Shown: positions 1-13,500, numbered from the whole stretch's first letter. The stretch is 63,997 nucleotides of DNA, filler included, from Octopus bimaculoides (GCF_001194135.2; 9 parts of 9 records of this genome joined end to end with filler, not necessarily neighbours in it); one strand, 5' to 3'. Numbers and translations: made by a program. Notes: generated from the letters alone by a model not told the origin.

Positions 1-146
1 AATTGATCTCAGGGTTTATTCTTTGTCAGCTTAGTACTTATTCTATCGTTCTCCTTTGCCGAACCACTAAGTTACAGGGGCGTAAACACAACATCGGTTG
101 TCAAGCGATAGTGGGGACAACACAGACACAAAGATACACACACACA

Positions 147-150
<4 letters not shown>
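1..150 (-). mobile_element. SINE fragment (microsatellite-containing family, 3' half)
   Basis: Reverse complement matches the 3' part of the dispersed repeat at 8512-8837 and 22634-22856 (gcttgacaaccgat...gtaacttagtggttcggcaaa...gatagaataagtact). Confidence 0.75.
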
Positions 151-196
<46 letters not shown>

Positions 197-362
197 TACA
201 GAGAGGAATTCTCTATATGGAGTATACTTCGTAGTACTCAAGAGATTCGAACTTGAGCGGGTAGAAAAGTAAATGTAAGGCTAAGCGATTTAGCCAAGTC
301 AATAGACACTGAATATTAAATACATTTAATACAAAAAATGTACATTTCCATGCATATAAAAT

Positions 363-512
363 AGTTCGATTTACATAGAATAAAAATGATATCAGGAAGT
401 AAAGGTATTGAGTATTACGAGTGCAACAGCTGTTTCTGGGAGCCTGGTGATCCGGAATAATGATAGTTACTTGATTCCATTATCGAATAACACCGCCTCT
501 GTATTCAGGGGG
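363..512 (-). mobile_element. Diverged copy of the fold-back arm family at 46013-46378, with a degenerate hammerhead-like motif
   Basis: Minus strand reads cCTGAATA...ctcccaGAAACAGCTGTTgcactcgtaatac and aligns by eye with 46013-46165 and 50895-50990. Confidence 0.55.
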
Positions 513-555
513 AAATTTTACATTTAAGGTGTTGACAGGATGCATACTTATATAT

Positions 556-803
556 AGGCGTGGTTGTGTGGCAAGAAACTTGCTTCTCAAACACATGGTT
601 CCGGTACTTTTCAGTTTCCGTCTACCAAATCTCCTCACAAGGCTTTACTCGAAGACACTTGCCCGGAACCATGCGTTTGGGAAGCAAGCTTCTTACCACA
701 CAATCGCGCCTATATATAAATATGCATATATGTATATATACAGGCATACTTACATACATACTTACATACAGACATACATGCATACATACGTTCACACACA
801 CGT

Positions 804-861
<58 letters not shown>

Positions 862-1015
862 ACACACTTATACAGATTTTTTTTCGGCGCATGCGTGACT
901 GTGTGGTAAGAAGTTTGTTTCCCAAAATACATCTTGTCGGTTCACCTTGGGCAAGTCTCTTCTACATTAACGTCAAATCGACCAAGTCAGTGAGAGTGCA
1001 TTTGGTAAATGGAAA

Positions 1016-1049
<34 letters not shown>

Positions 1050-1075
1050 TGTACGTGCGTGTGTGTGTGTGTGTA

Positions 1076-1109
<34 letters not shown>

Positions 1110-1310
1110 CATGTGGTTGTCCTCCACCATTGCTTGGAGTATTTATGTCCCCGTAACTTAGTGTTTCGGCAAAAATACCGATAAAATAAGTAACAGGCTT
1201 TAAAAAAGGAAATAAGTAATGCGGTCGATTCATTCGACTAAAACATTTCGGAGGCGGTGCCCCAGCTTCGCTACACTCTAATTACTGAAACAAGTAAAAG
1301 AATAAAAGTA
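556..1310. mobile_element. Cluster of nested SINE copies with internal (CA)/(TA) microsatellites
   Basis: Head 'gtggttgtgtggcaagaaacttgcttc' at about 557 (+), an inverted copy at 608-710, and a + copy at 890-1310 ending in gaaacaagtaaaagaataaaag. Confidence 0.75.
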
Positions 1311-1810
1311 TTACCCACTTTTGTTTTTAAAATAATTAAGAATGTGGAAAACAGTATTGAACGTACATATATTACTTCAAAAATGCCCCAAATCAGGTTT
1401 CTGTCATCTTATCTTCCAGTTGGTATTTCCTTCAGAAATACCAGCTGGAAGAAAGAACCAACTTGTTCTCATAGAATATCAACTATAGCGATTTATAGGT
1501 GTTAAGACATTTTCTCAAAACTGACATTAGTGAACCACTAAGACGATGACAATAACAGTTCAGTTCATTACAATGTAAACTCCGTATTGAGAAGAGCATT
1601 GACCCCGTCTTCTCTATGCACGAACTTAAATAATTGCTGAAACTTTTCAAACGCATTTGATAAAAACATTACTCGCACACAAACATGTCATGATGTTGTC
1701 CCCAATGTCCACGACCAGTACAGTGTATTTTAAATTTTGTAACATTTTGAGATATGTATCTTGTATTATATGAAGTAAATTGCCTATTAGAGCATTTCAG
1801 TTTTCAGTCT

Positions 1811-1897
<87 letters not shown>

Positions 1898-4619
1898 NNN
1901 NNNNNNNNNNNNNNNNNNNNNNNNNNNNNNNNNNNNNNNNNNNNNNNNNNNNNNNNNNNNNNNNNNNNNNNNNNNNNNNNNNNNNNNNNNNNNNNNNNNN
2001 NNNNNNNNNNNNNNNNNNNNNNNNNNNNNNNNNNNNNNNNNNNNNNNNNNNNNNNNNNNNNNNNNNNNNNNNNNNNNNNNNNNNNNNNNNNNNNNNNNNN
2101 NNNNNNNNNNNNNNNNNNNNNNNNNNNNNNNNNNNNNNNNNNNNNNNNNNNNNNNNNNNNNNNNNNNNNNNNNNNNNNNNNNNNNNNNNNNNNNNNNNNN
2201 NNNNNNNNNNNNNNNNNNNNNNNNNNNNNNNNNNNNNNNNNNNNNNNNNNNNNNNNNNNNNNNNNNNNNNNNNNNNNNNNNNNNNNNNNNNNNNNNNNNN
2301 NNNNNNNNNNNNNNNNNNNNNNNNNNNNNNNNNNNNNNNNNNNNNNNNNNNNNNNNNNNNNNNNNNNNNNNNNNNNNNNNNNNNNNNNNNNNNNNNNNNN
2401 NNNNNNNNNNNNNNNNNNNNNNNNNNNNNNNNNNNNNNNNNNNNNNNNNNNNNNNNNNNNNNNNNNNNNNNNNNNNNNNNNNNNNNNNNNNNNNNNNNNN
2501 NNNNNNNNNNNNNNNNNNNNNNNNNNNNNNNNNNNNNNNNNNNNNNNNNNNNNNNNNNNNNNNNNNNNNNNNATATATATATATATATATATATAATATA
2601 CGCACACTTTATACATATTGGAAATAGGTTTACAAAAAGCTCGTAAATTAAATTGCGAGCATAATGGAGTGCGGGAAATTAAAATTTTCATATCAACTTA
2701 TCATATAACAATGTTTAGAAATAAGTAAACCAGAAGCGGAGAAAAAGATGGTGAAATGTAATTGATTTTTGACCAACCAGATCAATAAATAAGCATGTTT
2801 ATTTGCGTATCGTCCTAGCATCGTACTTACATACCTTCATATATATGCGTATATATGCAGGTATGTAAGTAAATACATATACATACATAATGTATATGTG
2901 TATACATTCTCACATACACACACACAGATACATATATATATATATCCTTTCAAGAAATATGTTAACTTTTGTTGTATAAGCTCATAAAGCCCTGATGTGA
3001 TTCTGCCCCATATAATTGAAAAATATGACCAATTCTTAACATATGACACTTCCCAAATGCTTAGAATTACGAATCACCAAGTGGCATGAATCGAAACATT
3101 TATGTAGGTTTTTGGCATCTGCCATTTCTTTTAAAGCTTTATAATTTATAATTTTTTGTTTTCATAAAAAACGTTTCTACCTCATAATGTCATACAAATA
3201 AATTATTCATACATCCAGAAGTCTCCATTTTCTTTCTTTCATTATTAACATGTATTACTATAATAATCCCTAACATATCGTCGAAACCTTCTTACATGAT
3301 AGTGATAGTGATTAAGATTAATCAGTAACATTATTGGATTATTTAATCCCTAACGAGGATCTGAAATCCTCGAATTGACTATATATATATATATATATAT
3401 ATATATNNNNNNNNNNNNNNNNNNNNNNNNNNNNNNNNNNNNNNNNNNNNNNNNNNNNNNNNNNNNNNNNNNNNNNNNNNNNNNNNNNNNNNNNNNNNNN
3501 NNNNNNNNNNNNNNNNNNNNNNNNNNNNNNNNNNNNNNNNNNNNNNNNNNNNNNNNNNNNNNNNNNNNNNNNNNNNNNNNNNNNNNNNNNNNNNNNNNNN
3601 NNNNNNNNNNNNNNNNNNNNNNNNNNNNNNNNNNNNNNNNNNNNNNNNNNNNNNNNNNNNNNNNNNNNNNNNNNNNNNNNNNTATATATATGTATGTATG
3701 TATGAAATGCATACATATATATATACATATATATACATACATATATATACACATATACATATACATATGCGTATACGCAATATATTCAGGCTTTATGTAC
3801 ATAGGAACGCATACATATATTTGCACACATTCTCATGGTTTGTTTAATGGTGTATTTTTGCAAAATTTTCGTAATAAATAATTTTATGATAACTTTATTT
3901 TCACATCATCTTCCCCATTCAACCTATCATCATATTAACCTCCCACATACATTTATGCATAGTTTTCATTAATGGCCATCATTAGATAAAAATTGTGGAA
4001 CGCTCCTCTTTTATTCTTCTCTCCTCACTAAAAAGTGACCGACTTTATTTCTTTATTATTCTCATTATTTTATTCCCGTTCATAACCTTTTGACATAACC
4101 AATATCCAGCACGCGCCATATTACTAATGCAATACAGGCTTCAACTCATAACACTGCGTAACAAGATCTTTCTCCTTGGGTAGTAACTGTTATTTCCTTT
4201 TTGCTTACTCCTAGAAAGTATGAAAAATGGCTAATATTTCCTTCAAATTCCACAGAACCCAACCCCACCGCAACACATGGCTGTGATGTTCCCCAACTAC
4301 CCTTGCTCATGCTTAGAGATGCATATATTGTCAGTCACCATGTGACATGCTCCAGTGGTTAACATCAAGGAATATATACCTTTCACTCAGGCATATATAT
4401 TTGAGTAATACTATCAACTAATTGTACACACACACACACACACACACAGTTGCAGATGCAAGTAGAAACATACTCCTATATAGTAAATAACTGTGATTGA
4501 GATGGAATAGATCCAATAATTATAATAAAAGGTACACAAATGCTAGAAAATAAAAGTTAAAATACTCAAACAAGCGCCCCAACTCAATGAAATTCATAAG
4601 AGACCAACAGAAATCGGGC

Positions 4620-4790
4620 AAACGATTATATATATATTCGACGAGCGGCTTTCAGCATCCGGTCACCAGATCCATTCGCAGGGCTTTGGTCGGCTTAAGT
4701 CTCGGGTCTTTAGCGGAAGATACGTGTCGAAGGTGCTATGCAGTGGGAATGAACCCGGAACCATATGGTTAGGAAGTAAACTTCTCGCTT
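4620..4790 (-). mobile_element. SINE 5' half
   Basis: Reverse complement of the same SINE head (ccatatggttccgggttcattcccactgc...ccgaccaaagccc). Confidence 0.7.
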
Positions 4791-4924
4791 ATTTCTTCTT
4801 TTAAATGTATTATATATATCTGCTTCTCATGTTTTTAACTTCAATTACTAACTCTGTAATAATCAATAGATTCGGATATACAGGGGAGACAACAATATGC
4901 ACACAGATATGAAAACGTACTTAC

Positions 4925-4964
<40 letters not shown>

Positions 4965-4975
<11 letters not shown>

Positions 4976-5290
4976 AGGTGGTCCCTCAGGACGCCCGAAG
5001 ACTATCCACACGTTTTCTCCATTCATCTCGATCTTCCATAATGGTCTTCAGCTCCTATATCCCGTCCATACCAGTATCTTCCAACAAGTTATCGATATAG
5101 GTCGTCTTCCTCCTTCCTCTCCATATTCTTCCTTCCGTTGGTTGCCGGAGCAGTAGCCTGTTAAAAATTTCATCTGTATGTCTGATGCAGTGTCCAGCTA
5201 GCCTCATCCTTCTATACTGTATCTTCAATGTTACTTTCGGTAGTCCCTTGTATAAGTCAGTGTTTGCTGTATGACTCTTCCAGAATTTAA
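4965..5290 (-). pseudogene. 3' remnant of an RTE-like LINE ORF2
   Basis: Translation RRMRLAGHCIRH...LLLRQPTEGR..RGRRKTTYIDNLLEDTG fits the RTE-type post-RT C-terminal motif (LAGH.R ... GRP..TY.D.L..D); it is followed by a (TATC)n tract. Confidence 0.75.
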
Positions 5291-5942
5291 TCAAACTGAA
5301 GCCAAACAACCTAAACAAAATTATTTGTCAATAAGAAATGAGCCAAAAGAAGAAAGGCAGAGATGTTAACAAGTACATTGGAAATGCAATTAAGATTTTT
5401 GACAGAAAAAAAAAATAGTTATGATAATAATTACTTGAAAGATGTTGCATATAATCTGAAATTTCAATATCTCAATTTTCTATTGTTTTTGCGTTCAGAT
5501 ATTTTTGTGATTGGCAAATTTTGAAACAAGTAAATTCATTTAAATTAGTAGATTTTAATTATTCTTTCTTCGTATCTCAATATAGAAGTATTAGATATTA
5601 TACATATGATCTTTTGTAGGTTTGTCATTTTAACTTCATTGCTTCGTTTGTGGTGTTCAGCAAATGCAAAAAGGAACATAAAAAAGAAGTAACGAATAAG
5701 AAACTAAGCATGTTGTCCCAATAGTTTCCCTGTTTCGTGTTCTTCACCACTTTTCGTTATTCCTCACATCTTAATGTCGTCAGAAACAGAAGAAATGTTT
5801 TCTACATCAGCATTTAATTACCTTGCTGAAGCACTATTCTAACCTGAATCCTAGCGACGAGTACTGAGAATACAACATACACACATGCGCGCACGCACTC
5901 CGACACACACAAACACAGACACACACAAATACACATACAAAC

Positions 5943-6001
<59 letters not shown>

Positions 6002-6685
6002 TCTCTCTCTCCGTCTTTCATACATACACATACATGATATATATTCTTTTATTCCCTTACTTGTTGCAGTCATTTGACTGCGGCCATGCTGGAGTACCAC
6101 CTTAAAGGCTGTTAGTNNNNNNNNNNNNNNNNNNNNNNNNNNNNNNNNNNNNNNNNNNNNNNNNNNNNNNNNNNNNNNNNNNNNNNNNNNNNNNNNNNNN
6201 NNNNNNNNNNNNNNNNNNNNNNNNNNNNNNNNNNNNNNNNNNNNNNNNNNNNNNNNNNNNNNNNNNNNNNNNNNNNNNNNNNNNNNNNNNNNNNNNNNNN
6301 NNNNNNNNNNNNNNNNNNNNNNNNNNNNNNNNNNNNNNNNNNNNNNNNNNNNNNNNNNNNNNNNNNNNNNNNNNNNNNNNNNNNNNNNNNNNNNNNNNNN
6401 NNNNNNNNNNNNNNNNNNNNNNNNNNNNNNNNNNNNNNNNNNNNNNNNNNNNNNNNNNNNNNNNNNNNNNNNNNNNNNNNNNNNNNNNNNNNNNNNNNNN
6501 NNNNNNNNNNNNNNNNNNNNNNNNNNNNNNNNNNNNNNNNNNNNNNNNNNNNNNNNNNNNNNNNNNNNNNNNNNNNNNNNNNNNNNNNNNNNNNNNNNNN
6601 NNNNNNNNNNNNNNNNNNNNNNNNNNNNNNNNNNNNNNNNNNNNNNNNNNNNNNNNNNNNNNNNNNNNNNNNNNNNNNNNNNNNN

Positions 6686-6755
<70 letters not shown>

Positions 6756-7029
6756 AGATGTCATCTGATTCACTCTTACACTATCTATGACTTTTATTGT
6801 TCACGCTTTATAAATTTAATTTGTAGATGTACTTTCTAGTTTTATTCTTCATTATTTCCAACCCTGAATTATTCATGTTTCCCTGCTACAATAATCCAGT
6901 TTAAGTCCGTTTACATATTGATATTACATCACATGTATATTTTCTCATAAATATATCTCATAATTTTGCGCCACACGTCATATGTTTTTGAAGTATTTTT
7001 GAAGTATTAATATATGTTCTGCTAAAGCA

Positions 7030-7240
7030 TCGACCCGGTAGAATCGCTAGCACTAAGGTAAAATGCTTAGTGGCATTTCTTCCGCTTTTACGTTCTGAGT
7101 TCAAATTTCACCCAGGTCGACTTTCCATTTCATCCTTTTGGGGTTGATAGAATAAGTACCAGTTGAGCACTGGTGTCCTTGTAATCGACTTACCTCTTCC
7201 CTTGAAATTGCTGACTTTGTACCGAAATTTGGAACCAATA
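7030..7240 (+). mobile_element. tRNA-derived SINE (gtagaatcgttagc...ctgagttcaaatt family)
   Basis: B-box-like gagttcaaatt; the body is shared with many copies (12000-12215, 12745-13500, 18617-18850, 49630-50030). Confidence 0.75.
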
Positions 7241-7409
7241 TATGTTCTGATAGAAATTCAAGCACATAAGTTTATACATGTTTATTTATATGTAGGCATG
7301 CATATATGAGTGTATGTAAATATATACGCGTATGCTTGCTGCTTATATCTTTGAAAAGTCTTTGCAGTCCATCCAAATCCATTCATTATCCCTAACGCAT
7401 GATATTTTT

Positions 7410-7560
7410 TTTCAGACATGAAGCGACTCACATCTTTCTCGGACTATTCATTTCCTTCCCTCGAGACTTTTTCTAACTTTCCTCTTTCTGACGAAGATCC
7501 ATTCTCGAAACACCACACTCTTTTTCAATCTTAAACTTTCTCCGACAGTCAGTCTAATAC
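7410..7560 (+). mobile_element. Penelope-like pLTR remnant with degenerate minimal hammerhead
   Basis: CTGACGA-A-GATCCATTCTC-GAAAC at 7488-7511; a related copy lies on the minus strand at about 36820-37040. Confidence 0.5.
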
Positions 7561-7649
7561 TGTGTACATCCTTCTGAATTTTGTTGTTTTCCCCGTTCTT
7601 TATATATCATTATTTCAAGGATATAAATACCTCTTACAGAGATGTCAGC

Positions 7650-7905
7650 AAATATCTGAATTTAATGCAGAGTATACCAATGATATATCGACATATTGGT
7701 ATGTAGTTCCCTTTTATATCTAGTTCTGACCTTGACGAAATGTCCAATGAACTATATTCATTAGGAATCTCTAATTTGATTTTTCTAATTTGAATTAATT
7801 GGGCATGAAAACGATTGTAGGATCTATGAGTTTGGTATTGTTCAAAATTGGATTTGTTTCGATAAACTGATGTCTGCATATCGATTTCTCCATTTAATTT
7901 TTCCT
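7650..7905 (-). pseudogene. Penelope-like element RT remnant
   Basis: ORF contains MQTSVYRNKSNFEQYQTHRS, resembling the PLE RT motif TSVYRKxTNTxQYLxxxS; hammerhead motifs flank it. Confidence 0.5.
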
Positions 7906-7924
7906 TTACTTACATATATATGTG

Positions 7925-7971
<47 letters not shown>

Positions 7972-8147
7972 ATGTATATATATTTTAAAAAATAACGTCG
8001 ACCACTAACGTGGACAATTAATGCGCTAGAAATAGATCACATCTTGTGTCTATTAAGACCTAAAAAGTTCTCAACATGAAATATAGCAGCATACCAAAAA
8101 CGTGAGCGGGCAAGACATTTAAAATCACCTAAAAAATCATTATTAAA

Positions 8148-8206
8148 CAGGAACCAGGTTTCGGATTTAACAAATTCTTACCATTTGTCTATTCCTCATC
8201 AGCCTG
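8148..8206 (-). ncRNA. Minimal type I hammerhead ribozyme motif (PLE-type)
   Basis: Minus strand: CAGG-CTGATGA-G GAATAGACAAAT GGTAAGA ATTTGTTAAATC C-GAAA-CCTGGT-T-CCTG. Stem I is CAGG/CCTG, stem II is long, stem III is near-palindromic, and the triplet is GUU. Confidence 0.7.
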
Positions 8207-8229
8207 ATTTGTAATGTAACAGCAATTAT

Positions 8230-9070
8230 CAGAATCGTATACATAGTTGCCCACCGCCATGGGTGCGCGTGCATATGGTTCTGCTAATTACAGCTTAATG
8301 GTAAAATTCAAAAGTCTTCGTTTTGGCGCGCTAATTCCAGGAATATATCCGCAGAAAATATTTACTGCGTCGAATATATTCAGTATGAGAACATGAGTAA
8401 TGGGTATATATATATATATATATATATATATGCGTACATATATGTTCGTAATGTATATATTTATATCTATGTACCTGTATATTTATCGATGGTAGTGAAG
8501 CTATTTTATAGAGTGGCTGTGTGAGTAAGTAGCTTGCTTACGAACCACATGGTTCCGGGTCCAGTCCCACTGCGTGGCACCTTGGGCAAGGGTCTTCTAC
8601 TATAGCCTCGGGCCGACCAAAGCCTTGTGAGTGGATGTGTTTGTCCCCCAAACATCACTTGACAACCGATACTGGTGTGTTGACGTCCCCGTAACTTAGC
8701 GGTTCTGTAAAACAGACCGATAAAATAAGTACTAGGCTTACAAAGAATAAATCCTGGGGTCGATTTGCTCCACTAAAGGCGGTGCTCCAGCATGGCCGCA
8801 GTCATATGACTGAAACCAGTAAAAGAGTAAAAGAGTAACCATATATACTCAACGCATATACTTCGTGTATTTGTTGCTAGGCTGCTACAGGCATTGTGGA
8901 GCAGTGTACACTACCACGCCAATAGCAGCCTACCGGTAAATACAACACTCGAGTATACAATGGCGGACTGGCAGGTTGTCTGCGTGTCCAATAGCAAATT
9001 GACCCCCTTTAGACATTAAGGTTCATATATGGCGGGGGGTGGGAAAAGGAAGCGGGCATGCTAGTATGTA
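8230..9070 (+). promoter_or_regulatory. Putative promoter block interrupted by a SINE
   Basis: CpG-rich unique sequence with E2F-like TTTTGGCGCG (8321-8330), X-box-like GTTGCTAGGCTGC (8873-8885), CCAAT (8919, 8988) and ATGGCGG motifs (8960, 9029). It lies at the 5' edge of a CpG-depleted domain. Confidence 0.4.
8512..8837 (+). mobile_element. SINE, internally deleted copy lacking the central microsatellite
   Basis: Head gtggctgtgtgagtaagtagcttgc to tail (taaaagag)2; the junction gtgagtggat|gtgtttgtcccc skips the (TA)/(TG) block found in other copies. Confidence 0.8.
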
Positions 9071-9301
9071 GGGAGCGTATGAAAAAAAAAAACTCTTTAC
9101 TTTCAAAGAAAATATCTGAAGTCTTAGAAAAAGAATAAAGATTTTAAAAAACCCAAATAAAACAATTTCTGATTTTTTCACACCCATTGTTTCTGTTTAT
9201 ANNNNNNNNNNNNNNNNNNNNNNNNNNNNNNNNNNNNNNNNNNNNTTAATTAATTAANNNNNNNNNNNNNNNNNNNNNNNNNNNNNNNNNNNNNNNNNNN
9301 N

Positions 9302-9960
9302 CACTCTGAGAGTGTAGTGGGTGCTTTTATGTGCCACCGGCACGAAGGCCAGTCAGGTGGTACTGGCAACGGCCACACTCAAAATGGTGTATTTTACATG
9401 CCACCCGCACAAGAGCCAGTCCAGGGGCACTGGCAACGAACTCGTTCGAAAGTCCTTACACATGCCGCGGGCACAAGTGCCAGAAAGGCGACGCTGGGCA
9501 CAGCTGCCATCACAATTTCGCTTTCGCTTGCCTCAACAGGTCTTCGCAAGCTGAGTTTCGTGTCCAATGAAGGAGACGACGTTGGCATGAGTGCCAGTCG
9601 TCGAACTTAATTCGATTTTGATTTCGATTTCACTTGCCTCGACAGGTCTTCGCAAGTGGAGTCTAGTGTCCAATGAAGAAAGGTACAGACAACTTGCACC
9701 CTCCTAGACCTTGTGCCAAAAATAGAAATGATTAATAGTAATGCTAATGATGATCTTGTGCTAAAACTTGCAACAATCATCATCATCATTTAATGTCTGT
9801 TTTCCATGCTGGCATAGGTTGGATAATTTGACAGAAGCTGGAAAGTTGGAGGATGGCACCAGGCTCCAGTTGTCTGTTTTAGAATAGTTTCTATGACTGG
9901 ATGCTCTTCCTAACCCCAACCACTTAATAAAGTGTACTCGGCACCCATTATGTAGTGCTA
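9302..9960 (-). mobile_element. Non-autonomous retroposon copies with RTE-type (GAT)n tails
   Basis: Shares cactc.gagagtgtagtgggtgcttt and catcatcatt.aa.gtc.g.tttccatgct with 52722-52975. Confidence 0.65.
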
Positions 9961-10771
9961 GCATGGATCCCTTTCATGTGGGACTGGCAGAGGTGCTTAT
10001 TACGTGGCGCTGGCATGAGTGCTTTTTAAGTGGTGCCAGCATGGGCACTAAAGGTAGTGAAGCTGGCAAAATCATTAGAGCATTGGAAAAATACTTTGCA
10101 GTATTTTTCTGGCACTTTACATTCTAAGTTCAAATCCCACTAAGGTCAGCTTTGTTTTTCATCCCCCTTGGGTCGATAAAATAAAGTACCACTCAAGTAT
10201 TAGGTTCAGTGGTATCAACATGGGTTGGTGGTTAGAGTGTTGCACTCACAATTTCCAGATCATGTTTTTGGTTCTTCAACTGAGCAGTGCATTGTGTTCT
10301 TAAGCAAAACACTTCGTTTCATATTGTTCCTGTCCACTCAGCAGTAAATGAGTAACCCTATGATGGATGGCATCTCGTTGAATAGATGTAAACATTGCCT
10401 AAACAATGTCTTTGTTTCACACAATTTTTAAATGCAAAAAAAATGTTAAGACATGGATGAAGAAACTAGTACTCACATATATGAATGCATATGCACACAT
10501 ACACACACACACACACGCACACTCATACATGTTTTGTGGAATAAACAGGAGAAATAAAACTCCATAATTTAAGTGCTATATATGGAACTCTCAGATTTTG
10601 AGTTAGTTTTGTAACTTTTCTGCTGATTATATCATTATATGTATATATGTATGTATGATTTTTCTTTGAGTTTAATTTAAGTTCTTCTTGAGAGAGTTCA
10701 AGACAGTTGCTAACAAAGTGACAAGCCTTTTTTTGGTAACAGAGTTCCCAGTGTTTGTAAATATGTGGTAG

Positions 10772-10828
10772 ATTTGGTGTGTTGGTTGAAGTGTCAATGC
10801 ATATACTCAAATGTGTGCATCTATTCAC
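10772..10828 (+). CDS. Candidate exon of an unidentified host gene (FGVLVEVSMHILKCVHLF)
   Basis: Open frame with strong donor C|gtaaga; the acceptor (tggtag) is weak. Phase 2 fits the next exon. Confidence 0.3.
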
Positions 10829-10918
10829 GTAAGAATTTCACATGGTGAATGTTTGGAATATCTTACAAATCTTCACTGTGCCACTAATAAATTGAATTTG
10901 GAGAGATTATTTCTGCAG

Positions 10919-10967
10919 GTATTCTATAGAACTTATAGCCAGCACTGATTTTTGCTACAAATCTTTA
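10919..10967 (+). CDS. Candidate exon (YSIELIASTDFCYKSL)
   Basis: Acceptor tttctgcag|, donor |gtaaat; open only in the phase 2-to-0 frame. Confidence 0.4.
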
Positions 10968-11699
10968 GTAAATTTGGAGAAATCCTCATCAGTTTTTTTA
11001 TTTTTTTATTTTTTTTTTTCTGCTCTTTCTCCTTGAAACTGAGTATTTCAAGGTTTTTGGGCTAATTTGCTAGTACATAACCTAATGCACCTATGTATGT
11101 ATGTATGGATGGATGGATGGATGGATGGATGGATGGATGAATGGATGGATGGATGTCATCTTACTCATCATTTTAACATCCACTTTTCCATACCTTCATG
11201 GGATGGATGAAATTTGTTGGAGTAAATTTCCTGTGGCTCGATGTCCTTCTCATCACTAGCACTTGCCAGTTTCCAATTAATGACCAGACGTTTTCATGAA
11301 TGATTGGTAATGTAGGACACTGCTTGCATAATGGTGACACTCATTTACATCTATCAAGTAAATCAAAACAAAGAGACACATGCATATATGCATGCATGAA
11401 CACAAACAAACAAACAAACAAATATTAGTTGATTGTATGATTCAATTGAATCAAGGTATTTTGAATACAAGGACACCAATCTAGGGTCAAGGTTAGCATA
11501 GTTGTGCATATATTATATACAGACACTCATGCATGTATCAATGCCTATATAGACATATATTCTCTCACTTGTTGCCAAAATGAAGAACTCAATACATATT
11601 CTACATCTCGATATTTTCCAAACCAAATCTTAAATTTTAAGTTATTAATTCACCTGAAGAAAATGGTGTTTCTTTTTTCTGATGTAATCAGTTTATTCA

Positions 11700-11764
11700 T
11701 CAATAAAAAAAACATATTTCAAATAGCTGTAGTGAACCTCAGCCCATTTGTGCTCTTTCACTAC

Positions 11765-11815
<51 letters not shown>

Positions 11816-12235
11816 TACAACATACATACACTCACATTCATAACTGGCTTCTTTCAGTTTCTGTCTCCCAAATCCATTCACAAAGCTCTGGTCTGCCCAA
11901 GGCCATAGCAGAAAACATTTGCCCAAGGTGCTACATTGGAGGATTGAACACAAATCCATGTGGTTGGGAAGCAAACTTCTTATTTCTTTATTGCCCACAA
12001 GGGGCTAAACATAGAGGGGACAAACAAGGACAGACAAAGGGATTAAGTCGATTACATCGACCCCAGTGCTAACTGGTACTTAATTTATCAACCCCGAAAG
12101 ATGAAAGGCAAAGTCGACCTCGGCGGAATTTGAACTCAGAATGTAGCGACGGGCGAAATACCACTAAGCATTTCGCCCTGCATGCTAATGATTCTGCCAG
12201 CTCGCCACCTTAAAGAAGCAAACTTCTTACCATAC
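11700..12235 (-). mobile_element. SINE with a younger, CpG-rich SINE (about 11990-12215) inserted in its head
   Basis: The inner copy retains CpGs and has the tail ttatttctttattgcccaca. The outer head resumes at 12215 (aagcaaacttcttaccatacagc), duplicating aagcaaacttctta at 11970. Confidence 0.7.
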
Positions 12236-12699
12236 AGCTACACTTATCAGTTTTACCTACAAGGTATTAAGTAAGATTGAGGCTATTGTAGAAACCACTT
12301 GCCCATAATGACACTCAGGGAAGAGCAATTCTTTGAATAACTGTGATTGCTTAACAATAATCACTTAACCAGTCTTTGTTAAAAAGATTTTCTGTCTCAT
12401 TCTATGTTTTTTTCTTGACATCTCTTGAATTAAAAAATTAATTCAACTGTTGAAATGTTCATTACTTCAGAAATTTAATTAATAAAATTACAATATCATT
12501 ATCATCATTATCATAACAGTAATCATTATTGTCATTGATATTATTAATTGCTATTTACATCAATTATTCTAGAGCATGACATTTTTTTTTATCATCTTGC
12601 AAATGAACTATTAAGCGCCTTATTGCATCAGACTCAGTTTTTTTCTTTAAATCCACCTTACTTTGTTATACTTTATTCTATGCCAGTCTATATTGTTTG

Positions 12700-12741
<42 letters not shown>

Positions 12742-12744
12742 TTG

Positions 12745-12998
12745 ATAAGGCAACGAGGTGGTAGAATTGTTAGCATGCCAAGCAAAATGCTAAGTGACAT
12801 TTCATCTGTCTTTATGTTTTGAGTTCAAATTCTACCAAGGTCGATTTCACTTTTCATCCTCCTGGGGTCAATAAAATCGATAAGTACCAGTTGAACACTG
12901 GGGGTCAATGTAATTGATTTATCCCTGCCATTATCTTGCTGGCCTTGTTCCAAAGTTTGAAATTATTATTATTATCATTATTATTATTATTATTATTA

Positions 12999-13042
<44 letters not shown>

Positions 13043-13500
13043 AGGCGGCAAGCTGGTAGAATTGTTAGCATGCTGAGCAAAATGCTTAGAGGTATTCCAT
13101 CTGTCTTCATGTTCAGGGTACAAATTCTGCTGAGGTTGACTTTGTCTTTCATCCTTTCGGGGTTGATAAAAATAAGTACCAGTTAAGCACTGGGGTTGAT
13201 GTAACTGACTAGTCCCCTGCCCCAAAATTTCAGGTCTTGTGCCTATAGTAGAGAGGATTATTATCATTACTATCATTATTACTATAAGGTTGCAAGCTGG
13301 CAGAATCTTTAGCACACTGGGCAAAATGCTTAGCAGTATTTTGTCCATCTTTGTGTTCTGAGTTCAAATTCCGCTAAGATTGACTTTGCCTTTCATCCTT
13401 TCAATGTTGATAAAATACGTACCAACTGTACACTGGAGTCAATTTTATTGACTTTGCCCCTCCTCATGAAACTGCTGGACTTGTGCCAAAATTTGAAATT
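12745..13500 (+). mobile_element. Three head-to-tail SINE copies separated by (ATT)n
   Basis: Repeating unit aggc...gctgg(t/c)agaat.gttagca...gagttcaaatt...aagtaccagtt at about 12745, 13040 and 13290. Confidence 0.8.
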
